Source: Octopus sinensis (lineage: Eukaryota). From it: 64,000 nucleotides of DNA. Under the pieces are notes generated by a model. It searched no databases, was not told the origin of the DNA, and worked only from the letters and a program-made list of their open reading frames with translations. The stretch spans positions 71,114,001 through 71,178,000 of the forward strand of contig NC_043003.1 of NCBI RefSeq assembly GCF_006345805.1, given 5' to 3'. The translations under genes and the position numbers were made by a program. Below, piece after piece: positions 54,013 through 64,000 of the stretch. Each line of letters opens with the position of its first letter. The stretch's first letter is position 1.

Positions 54013-54186
54013 ATGCTAAGACTACAGAGAACCTTTCGGAAAAACTAAGAAATGCAATTAAAGAGAAAGATATCGTAAAGTTAGAAAAAACAATTAATGA
54101 TTGCGTGTCAGCTGGTATACCAGAACTTGATTTCGATATACAAGAAGCCCGAGACCTTCTCAGCATATTACAAGGTGGAGCAGGAG
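54013..54186 (+). CDS. Repeat exon R28 (174 nt, type A)
   Basis: tattag|AT...GGA G|gttaga; ...DCVSAGIPELDFDIQEARDLLSIL... Confidence 0.87.
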
Positions 54187-54694
54187 GTTAGAAATATAAT
54201 TTTTTGTCAATGAAGTATTAATATGAAAATTATTATCAAATATGTGAATTAAACATTAAAAAATATCTCATACAAAGAAAAATATTTCCTATGCAAATTA
54301 TTATGGAAATAAAATTATTTTTCAATTTCAATTTCTCTCACAGAAGCATCTTTGCTTAAAAGTAAGACGTAGAGCTGTTAGTTTAAATAATTCTATTCTT
54401 CTTTTTTCTAAAATTAATGTAAAAAACTTTAGCTTGATCTTTTATAGTAATTATCTCTCAGTCAAACTCGTATAAGAAACTACAAATAGGCAATGCTACA
54501 TAATTTTGAAATAACTATAGTTTAAAACGAAACGAAAATATGAAATTTCTTCTTAAAATTTAATATTTCTATTTGATACGAAATACGACACTTCTATACC
54601 GTGATTAATATTTCGAAAGTTTATCTGAAGAAAAACATAAGAATAATATATGATATATTTCACAATATTCCAATTCTCTGAACATTTTCAACAG

Positions 54695-54868
54695 GTTTCA
54701 AAAGCCCTCATATATTGCGAGAAGAAATGAAGCAAGCACGTCAAAAACAAGACAAAGAAGCTTTAGAAATAGTGATTAAGGAATGTGAAGCTGCCGGATA
54801 CCCGGAACTAAGCTTTGACCTGCAAAAAACAAAATACATGTTACGGTCTGTTACTGGTGGTCGTGAAG
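54695..54868 (+). CDS. Repeat exon R29 (174 nt, type B)
   Basis: caacag|GT...GAA G|gttaga; ...ECEAAGYPELSFDLQKTKYML...; not in ORF track. Confidence 0.87.
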
Positions 54869-54914
54869 GTTAGACTTTGCAATAAATTTCATAACGAATC
54901 TTAATCAAAATACC

Positions 54915-54957
<43 letters not shown>

Positions 54958-55067
54958 ACAGGGGGTGATTTGCAACGTATCTGAAATATTATTATGGCAT
55001 GAATTTCTTCAGCTATGCAAGGTTCATAAACATATAAAGCGGTATAAACACAGACTAGTATACATAC

Positions 55068-55103
<36 letters not shown>

Positions 55104-55328
55104 TAAGGCGGCGAGCTGGCAGAATATTTACCGCGCTGGACGAAATACTTAGCGGCATTTCGTCCGTCGCTACGTTCTGAGTTCAAATTCCACTAAGGTC
55201 GACATTGCCTTTCATCTTTTAAGGTCGATAAATTAAGTACCAGTGAAACACTGAGGTCGATGTAATCGACTACTCCCTTTCCCCAAAATTTCAGGCATTC
55301 TGTCCATAGTAGAAAGGATTATTATTAT
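55104..55328 (+). mobile_element. Near full-length SINE with (ATT)n tail
   Basis: ggcggcgagctggcagaa...gagttcaaattcc...gtcgacattgcctttcat...gataaattaagtaccag...gtagaaaggattattattat. Related copies at ~11797-11965(-), 12305-12475(-), 21047-21190(+), 41318-41480(+). Confidence 0.75.
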
Positions 55329-55561
55329 CATTAATACTCTAATTTGTGTTTTGTGTGTACCTGACGCGTATGTCACACTTAAGCGAAAGAAATTTTGTTG
55401 CTTAAATAAAAATTTCTTGTCACTAAATCTCTTGTAATTTCTGGAAGTGATCTGAAATCACCACCTACGTGTTAGTATTACTACATCTCAACACCCATAC
55501 CTACTGGGCCACCGAAGCAGCAACGATCTTAATGAGAAAATTAACATAAATATATATACTT

Positions 55562-55640
<79 letters not shown>

Positions 55641-55983
55641 TATATATATATATATAAGTATATATATATATATATAAGTATATAACTGATATTAATTTTA
55701 GGAAAATACCACCGGTGGCATCAGTATACAACATCAGGGAAATAACTAACACTCTAGTTTGTACTACCTGTTATCTTGCGAAATCTAGTTTGTAATCTCA
55801 TTTGAAAAAAAAAATGGCTAGACTGCTTGCATATTTGTACCTGTGTGTGTGTATGTGTGTGTGCGTGTGCGCGCACATAATTTACTCTTTCTGACTTGTA
55901 ACGATTTTTACACATTCTCGTATGTATCTGAGATAACATAGTTTGAAAATAAAGATAAAATCTATTTTTGTCTCCTTTGTTAG

Positions 55984-56157
55984 CCCTTGCTAGCGCTGAA
56001 GTTCTGAAGGAGGAAATAGAATCAGCTGTTGCACAGAAATCTCGTTCACGTTTAGCGAGATTAATTGAAGAATGCGAATCTGTTGGGTATCCTGAACTTA
56101 GTCACCATCTACGTCGTGCACGCGACGCATTGGAAAATTTAGGAGGCGGTAGAGGAG
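55984..56157 (+). CDS. Repeat exon R30 (174 nt, type B)
   Basis: tgttag|CC...GGA G|gttaac; ...ECESVGYPELSHHLRRARDALENLGGGRG. Confidence 0.87.
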
Positions 56158-56648
56158 GTTAACCATCTTTTTGTATCACTTTACTATTAAATCATTCGGT
56201 TTTGAAATGGCTATTAATCGCAGAATCCTTAAGAATCGAACTAAAAATCTTTGAAAAATTCAACTACATTATAAATCCATCGAATCTAACTATTACATTC
56301 TTCTCGAATAAATAAAGTGTACATCTGTTAATTTTTGGGATCAGTTTAGTTATATTTAGAATTATTTTATTATAATGTGAAACTTCATTAGGTCACGAAA
56401 ATTTGCATAAGCCAAGACATATAAAATACTCTTCTATAAATCCATAATTAGCTTGTAAATGTATATTGAAGTAAACTTAGAACACTAAAACTCACAAATT
56501 AAATACGCTTGGAAAATTCATGTTAATTTCTAGAAATCATACTGTCGGTAGTTTTGAAGGAAAATATATATGAATAAACAAAACAACTCTATAAAATTTG
56601 AATTTATAGTTCTCAGTATAATTCTCTTTTGTGTATTTTGATATTTAG

Positions 56649-56822
56649 GGAGTAAATCGGCTAGTGAGCTACTTGAAAAATTAAAAAGTGCCATTGAAGG
56701 AAAGAATGTATTAGCTTTAGATAAAGCTCTAAGCGAAAGTGTGTCTGCTGGAATGCCAGAACTCGATTTTGAAATCCAACATGCCCGGAACGTATTAAAT
56801 ATTCTAGATGGTGGATCTGGAG
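56649..56822 (+). CDS. Repeat exon R31 (174 nt, type A)
   Basis: atttag|GG...GGA G|gttcgg; ...ESVSAGMPELDFEIQHARNVLNIL... Confidence 0.86.
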
Positions 56823-57158
56823 GTTCGGAAAATTCCAAGAATATTTTTTATATTTATAAAACCATTTAATCAGATTACTTTTAGAAATTAATTTTCCTTT
56901 GTTACACTTGTTTAACGTCAATGAAAATACTTCTGAAACATATACAGTTGATATTTAATTTAAATTTAAAAACTTTAATGCAATTTGCACATGAAATCGT
57001 AATGCAGAGTATACAATGCATAATTAAAGAAAATAATATGGTTTCATACTTATCACTGTGTAATTTGAAATATTTGATTAGGTTAAAATATAGCATGGAT
57101 TTATTTCTGTTGATATTATTTTATTTTTATTTAAAGTAATAAATACTTGTGTTAACAG

Positions 57159-57332
57159 ATCTTAAATCCGCAGATGTTTTACGAACCGAACTAGATAATG
57201 CTATAAAAGACATGGATATACCACAACTGGAGAAAGTTATCAAAGAATGCGAAGATGCCGGATTTCCGGAACTTGGTTACGACCTACGTCGTGCAAGAAA
57301 CACTTTGAAGAGTTTAGGGGGCGGTTACGGAG
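57159..57332 (+). CDS. Repeat exon R32 (174 nt, type B)
   Basis: taacag|AT...GGA G|gttagt; ...ECEDAGFPELGYDLRRARNTLKSLGGGYG. Confidence 0.88.
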
Positions 57333-58120
57333 GTTAGTTTTGATATTTTCTTATGGGGTATGATGTCATCTATATCCCTTTACATGATATGAGGTTGGTG
57401 GTAGAAAGGAAAGAATTTATTCTTACACCTGCGGCCTGGATCTGGCCAGGATTATGGCAGGAAACAAGACTCTGGAAATGTACGGAAGACGTTGAGCGAT
57501 TACGTGTATCACCCAACAACAGAAACACTTGTTTCATCGGGCTTCCACGCAATTTCCGTCTACCAAATGCTTCCCAGAAAGCTCTGGGTATCCTTAAGCT
57601 GTGGAAGAAGCAACTTAATTTAAGGTGCTATCCTGTGGGATTGAATTCAAAAATACATAATTCCGAGGTGAGCTGTGTAACTACCTGCAAACATATTTAT
57701 TTGTATTTCAGTAAGAAACAAACTTTAGATTTGTTTCCAGGAGGTACTTTAGCATATTTAGAATTCTTTAAATACTTCAAATTTTACTAGTTTTTATAAA
57801 TTTTAATCTTATCTACAGTGGGTAAGTCATGTAATGCACTGCATTCAAGAAATTTGGATATGTTTCTCTATATAATGAAGCTCTATTAAGAATTGAGTTT
57901 TATATCGGTTGATGACGGTATTTGAACATTTAGAGTCCTTCAAATTGCAGGAGATCCCAGGCATTGCAGTCTCTGGATTATGCTATCCAAAATAAATATC
58001 GGTTTAAACACAACAGAAACAAAATATTTATGCACGAATTAAGTGCCTTGCTGATTTTTATTTTTTTTTTATTTAAATAAGATTTCCTGAAAAATCAATG
58101 ATCGTATGGTTAAGGCTATG

Positions 58121-58124
<4 letters not shown>

Positions 58125-58154
<30 letters not shown>

Positions 58155-58240
58155 TGTATGTATGTATGTATGTATGTATGTATTTATGTATGTATGTATG
58201 TATGTATGTATGTATGTATGTATGTATGTATGTATGTACG
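58125..58240. repeat. (TATG)n tetranucleotide microsatellite
   Basis: Direct inspection. Confidence 0.95.
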
Positions 58241-58402
58241 AATTTATACATGTATAAACATATGTATCCATGTGAGTATGCATGCATGCTTGCTTATATG
58301 GATGGATAGATGTGTATAGGTATATATTTATAAGCATGAAGACTTGCTTATTCATAAGTATAGTTTTAATCAAGGAACATTTTTATATATCAATTTCGAT
58401 AG

Positions 58403-58576
58403 GCAGTAAAACAGTTGAAACTTTATCGCAAAGACTTGCTGTCGCGGTAAAAGAATGCGACCCGGAAAAAATACAGAAAGCTATAAACGAATGTTTGGCA
58501 TCAGGTTTCCCGGAACTTGAAACCGATGTGAAAAAGGCCAGAAAATTCCTCCGAAGTCCTCACTTTTATGACGCAG
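58403..58576 (+). CDS. Repeat exon R33 (174 nt, type A)
   Basis: cgatag|GC...GCA G|gtcaga; ...ECLASGFPELETDVKKARKFL... Confidence 0.85.
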
Positions 58577-59007
58577 GTCAGATACCGTACAATATTTGCC
58601 ACCCAAATATTTTATTAGTTATCGTAATAAATGTTTTAAATAGTGGTTATTTACGAATACACTTTTGCTTTTGTTGCTAATAAACTTCAAGTATAGTGGA
58701 TGATGTGAATAAAATCAAAGACATGAATACAATCAACGATGTACGCAATATTTCTATGTTATTCTATATTTGTTTCAGTCATGAATTACAGTCACACTGG
58801 AGCGCTGCTTGTACTTATTTTAAATCTAGTACTTAATCTATCTTGCTTTTTGTCCGAGTCGTTACATTACGGGAGTCATAAACCCCGATTGTCAAGCGTT
58901 AAGAGACTAACACAAAGACGCACAGAATTCGCATCTGTGTGTGTATGTATTTAGGATGTTTCGCTATATAATGAAGCTGTATTTAGAATTGGATTTTATA
59001 TCGGTTG

Positions 59008-59103
<96 letters not shown>

Positions 59104-59913
59104 GCATACCAAATTTACTCACAGACATAGGGTAATAATAGAAGATACTTGCCCTAGGTGCCGTACTGTAGGATTGAACGTAAAACCATGTGGCTAAGAA
59201 GCGAACTTCGTTATCACGAAGATATGCTTTCATCTAAAATGATATGACTCTCTGAGGAAAATCTCCGGCCTTCCACCTGAGAGTTAGAGATATGCCACAA
59301 TACAAACATTTTTATAGCACAATAATAATTTTAAACGAGTAATCGCTCCAAATTTTTTAAACAAATATTTTAATTTTTGTTTTAAAATTCAAAATGTGAT
59401 TTTTGTAATGCAAAAATGTAAATTCCTTTAAATTCCTTTATTGAAAACAAGAACCCAAAGATATTTTGTTAAAGAAAGTCGGAGTGCTTAATGAAGACGT
59501 CCGGCTGGACATTGTCGGATAATATTATTTCGACTTCCATTTTGCAATGACAAATCAACAGAATACCTTAAAAAGAGATCGCTGGATAATATTGTAAAAG
59601 ACATGTGTAAGAAATAAGATATGCTGCTTACCAGAAGAATAATTTCGGTTATATGTCTGTCCGATTAAGGCCTTGTTGAAATCATTATGTACTCTCAAAG
59701 AAGTTAACACAAATGTTAAACAGATAATATTTCATACAGATTTTCACTTATCACCCTTGGCTCCTTCCTTTCTCTTTTACGAAGCTGGCATCGATTTTCG
59801 ATTTCAAATTTAACTTCTTTAAGTTTCACATGAAATTTATTCGTAGTGTCGCTAATCTTATTAGCCAGTCGTATAGTTGTGATAAATTGTTACATGTTTA
59901 TTCCAATCGTTAG

Positions 59914-60072
59914 AAACTCTACGGACCAAACTAGTTACAGCAATGAAACAAAAAGAACCTGGAGAACTAGCTAAAGCTATTAGGGAATGTGAGAGAGCCG
60001 AGTATCCTGAACTAAACAGAGATCTTCGGAAAGCCAGAGACTTACTTAAATCCCTTGGTGGCGGCCTCGGAG
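59914..60072 (+). CDS. Repeat exon R34 (159 nt, 5'-shortened type B)
   Basis: cgttag|AA ACT CTA...GGA G|gttaga; ETLRTKLVTAMKQKEPGELAKAIRECERAEYPELNRDLRKARDLLKSLGGGLG; not in ORF track. Confidence 0.8.
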
Positions 60073-60392
60073 GTTAGAGTTCAACAGTCTTTTATATTAA
60101 GAATATGCTTTATTTGTAAATTGGAATTAATTATGTAATAATATTAGCATGGCTTAATAATTAAAGTGAACGCATGAGACAATATTTTTATAGCATGTAC
60201 TTCATCACTGAGATTGCTGACGCTTAAAAAATGTAATAAACATAAAATCTTTTAACTGAAACCAAAAAACCAAGAGAAGCAATGTAATTATTATGAATGC
60301 ATTCGGTAAAAGTTGATAATCTACGTGCGCATTACATTCTATATGTTATATCTTTATGCTCTGCTTAAAAATCGGTATCTAATTATTAATAG

Positions 60393-60566
60393 GAACAAAG
60401 ACACCTGATTGTTTAATAGAAAAACTGAAATCAGCTCGAGCAAAGAAGGATAGAGATTTAATTAAAAATACGATAAATGAATGTGTATCGGCTGGAATGT
60501 CAGAACTGGACAATGAAATACAACTTAGTCGTGAAACTCTCGATATTATGGAAGGTGGCACAGGAG
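60393..60566 (+). CDS. Repeat exon R35 (174 nt, type A)
   Basis: taatag|GA...GGA G|gttaga; ...ECVSAGMSELDNEIQLSRETLDIM... Confidence 0.87.
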
Positions 60567-61169
60567 GTTAGATTATATTTATTTGTTCTAGGATAAGAAT
60601 AATAATTGAAAACGCAATTGAATTTTTAAACTATGTTTAAAATAGTATTTTCTCATATAAAAATGACGATTATCATAGATTAGCATTTTTATTATTTTCT
60701 TTTAACAATCTCACTATTTTGTTCTTTTATAATATTTTTTATTTACAGTTTAAGAATGCTTATTTTTTAGAGGGTTATAATTTGTTTTTAATATTTATTT
60801 TAAGAAATTGTTATTAGTCTTTATATTTTTATTCTTCACTGATAATTTGCATCACCGAATATGTTGGAAATCAAAGTTATATTCCGATCGCTTAACTCCA
60901 GCACCATACTTATGATAATTCTTCAAAATATTGATTATTTGTCAAGTTGTAAAATCTAAATACAACGCTTTTTATGTGTTCCATATTATCATTTACATTG
61001 GATGCAAAATGGTCTAGTACCAATCTCAAGGAAAGGAAATATATACACTAAATATTGAAAAACTATAAGTTTATCAGTTATTGTAGCTATAACCTATAAC
61101 GAAATATTGATTTTAAGAATCCACTCATGTTTTACTACAACTGAGAATCAACCAAACTGGTTTTCCTCC

Positions 61170-61985
61170 TTACAGACGGTATCTAATATCAGAGCCTAAA
61201 TGTTGCTATATAATATTCCAGACACCATCGTAGATGCAATCAAAATTCTCTATAAAAACACCATCGCTCAGATTTTATCAACTGTTGGTAATGAAAGTTA
61301 TCTGAAATCATGACTAGAGTAATACCCCCTTGTTGTTCATTGGAGCCCCGGACTACTTATGAATTGCAGCAACTAATGCAAAAGAAACAGACGTCATGCT
61401 TCAACTGTAATAATTCATACAGACTATGCAAATTGAGAAGACTAGGAAATAAATCGAACGTCAATGACAATAAGACTGGTTTCAACCATCCGGAAGAAGA
61501 CATTAAATCATCAAAAGCTACAAACTTCTGTTGCCTGGGATCATGGACAGAAAGCTCAAAGAGAAACAAGAGAGTAAGAACTAAATTGGCGTAATCAGCG
61601 CAATGAACAAGATATCTGTAAGATTGCAAAGAATTCTATTTAGTAGGCTCAAAATACAGTTTTATAAGAGGAACTGTGGAAAACATATTGGTATTTGTAT
61701 CTGAAAACAATAAAAAGCAGGTTAAATGGAACGTGTACCAAGATGTTAAGAACTATCATTCATTGAAAAGCGTACTATATGGAAATTAGCCAATATTATC
61801 AGACTTAATTTATGGGACATATTTGGCAAAGAAAAGACGAAGTTGTACATCAACTATTAATATGAGAAACAGTACATGATAAAAGAGGCAAACCTTGTTG
61901 AATATATGTGGAGCAGTTGCTGGATGGCAGTTACATTGAAAAATTGTATTGCAGAGATGATACAGGAAAGGGAATTATCTAATCG
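61170..61985 (+). mobile_element. Degenerate RTE-like LINE RT remnant
   Basis: Fragments YNIPDTIVDAIKILYKNT, F.CLGSW.ESS..., L.GTCTKMLR, LYG. across many frameshifts. Confidence 0.65.
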
Positions 61986-62247
61986 ACTGCTCACTGGAAT
62001 TCAAGTGTGCTCAACTGAAACATACACACACATCATTCTTCCTCTTTATCTCTCACTATTCTACCCCATCTGTCTCTCTTGCTGTTGCAAAAATGCAGAT
62101 ATCGAAACTTTATTAAATTAAAACAGGAAAAAAAAACAAATGGATAAATCGATTATAATTTATTTATGTTTAACTACATTACGCTTAGATAGGGGTTAAC
62201 ATACTAAAATGTTTTTCTTTATATACACTTTTATTTTTAATCATCAG

Positions 62248-62421
62248 CTACAAAAGCTCCTGATGTATTGGTCAGTCAACTGAAAAGTGCTACAAGACAA
62301 AAAGATAAGGCAGCTCTAGCAAAACTTATCATTGAATGCGAAGAAGCAGGTTATCCAGAGATTGCCAATGATCTTTGGAAAGCTAGAGAAACTCTTCATA
62401 GTATTTGTGGAGAATATGGAG
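62248..62421 (+). CDS. Repeat exon R36 (174 nt, type B)
   Basis: catcag|CT...GGA G|gttaga; ...ECEEAGYPEIANDLWKARETL...; not in ORF track. Confidence 0.87.
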
Positions 62422-62907
62422 GTTAGAGCATATTCTATTTTAGGAATACATATTTCAGTTTGTATTATATATGGTTAACTAGGAAGTTGAATGAACTTAT
62501 ATTTTGTTTTCCTTTGGAATTATAGTCATAGAATTTTAAAACGGAAAGACGATATATATTATTTTCTAGATTCTCTTTTGAGCACTAGCTCCCTAGTATA
62601 CTTCAGAAAATTGTGCGTAAATAACATTCTTAATACCTTTCTTGCATAAACTTATGTTTATTCTAGTTATTCGTAAATTAACTATTTTATAGAATATTTA
62701 TTTTTCTAAATGTTTCTGAAAACAGAAGTATTGCAAAAGTGATTATATTACCCTAATAAAAGAGCAACTATAACAGAAATAGAAGAAATTTTTATGATCT
62801 ATTCTCTGATAGAGTATCTGAGAAAAACAACGAACATAAACATTGCTGCTTTATATAATGACGATAATGTGATATATGTTACTGACTCGTATATATAATA
62901 TTACCAG

Positions 62908-63080
62908 GGAGTCAAACTCCAGAACTGCTTGCTGCTAAATTGAAGAGAGCTACTCGAACAAAAGACAAATATGCTTTAGAGAAAGCAATCAATGAGTGTG
63001 TAGCTTCTGGATTTCCTGAACTGAAACTTGAAATAGCAAAGCAAGAAATTTCCTTTTCAATCTTGAAGATTATGGTAGAG
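62908..63080 (+). CDS. Repeat exon R37 (173 nt, type A, apparent 1-nt deletion)
   Basis: taccag|GG...AGAG|gttaga; ECVASGFPELKLEIA, then the repeat consensus (ARNFLFNLEDYGR) continues in a shifted frame after gcaaagca at ~63035-63042. Confidence 0.75.
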
Positions 63081-63583
63081 GTTAGATATATTTTAAAATT
63101 AATTATGAGCTAAATCTGAAAGTCGTTTTTAAAAGTCGTTTTTAAATCTGAAAATCGGTGTTTGTAAAAATTTGAAAAATATTTATAAGTATTAAAATTA
63201 AATAATAACAAGCTTTTATTATGATATTTTATATTTTCATTTTGTTTTATTCTCTTAAGGCGGTACATATTTAAACTTAAATCACAATTGACTGCATGTA
63301 ATCTGAAATTAAATTTAACAACAAGGAATATAAGAACATCAAATGAAATCAAAATGTGTGGCATAAATGACACTTTTCTATATTTAACAAGTAAATAGAT
63401 ACGAATCAGAGAAAGGTTAACAAATATTGTAAAAAATACTTTTACTCTTATTATGTAACTAAATGACATGTCTACACGTAGTCAATAATGTTGAATGTAA
63501 AAATCGGATAGTATGGATCAAGCTAATGCATGCTTTAGCGAATGAATTATGTTACTTTAAAATAATCCATATTTGATTGGTAG

Positions 63584-63757
63584 GAAGAAATCACCGGGAT
63601 GTTTTGCGGGACATGTTATTGATGGCTATGAAAAGAAAGAGTCCACCAGAATTAAAGAAAGCAATTGAAGAATGTGAAGAAGCAGAATATCCAGAGCTCA
63701 ATGAAGAGCTACGAAAAGCTCGAGATATCCTGGAGAACTTGAGTGGTAGTAGTGGAG
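63584..63757 (+). CDS. Repeat exon R38 (174 nt, type B); gene continues beyond window
   Basis: tggtag|GA...GGA G|gtcagc; ...ECEEAEYPELNEELRKARDILENLSGSSG. Confidence 0.86.
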
Positions 63758-64000
63758 GTCAGCATGAGTTCATGCTATTTAGAAAATTAAGATATTGCAA
63801 TTTATTTCTGATTAAGTCTTACTAAGAATTAAATTGTTTAGTAGTGATTGCTTTTAAAACTGTTGTATAATAAATATACACATTTCTTAAAATGAACATC
63901 CACGAAAATTTAAATGTAAAGAAGAATTTATATATATATATATAATATGCCTAATTTATAACTAAAAGTAATTCATCATAAATTTCATTATACAGAGGGA

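Noticed and set aside
30257-57337. Each repeat ORF as a separate small gene (many end in GG-stop)
   Set aside because: The ORF-track starts are intronic TTG/ATG codons at inconsistent positions, whereas an AG acceptor sits at a fixed position in nearly every unit. The stop is part of the GTTAG donor.
57353-57790. 145-aa ORF right after R32
   Set aside because: Begins in intron sequence, overlaps SINE-like fragments, and shows no recognisable domain or splice pair.

Overview
This is AT-rich eukaryotic (animal) DNA dense in (TA)n/(CA)n microsatellites, tRNA-headed SINEs and transposon remnants. The repeat landscape suggests an octopod cephalopod (inference). The whole window lies inside one large + strand gene whose start and end are both outside it. 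I traced 43 coding exons with consistent reading frame: <1-187, 7838-8240, 9660-11012, 12846-13223, 19119-19158, then 38 repeat exons from 19614 to 63757. The N-terminal part is a KY/Hillarin/LTD-1-like transglutaminase-like domain with its catalytic Cys and His replaced, followed by KY-type beta-sandwich repeats and a charged E/K/R helix. The striking feature is the tail: at least 40 copies of a ~58-aa helical repeat (~2,300 aa so far). Almost all are encoded one per 174-nt, phase-1/phase-1 exon. The units alternate between two subtypes (A/B), two exons carry fused A+B units, 32 of 38 donors are non-consensus GTY (23 place an in-frame stop right after the donor), and one exon is 1 nt short. 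Introns hold Tc1/mariner, hAT, pogo-like, Penelope-like, CR1-like and RTE-like remnants and several foldback elements. No prokaryotic features, rRNA, true tRNA or CRISPR array were found. All calls are by eye; no alignments or searches were run.
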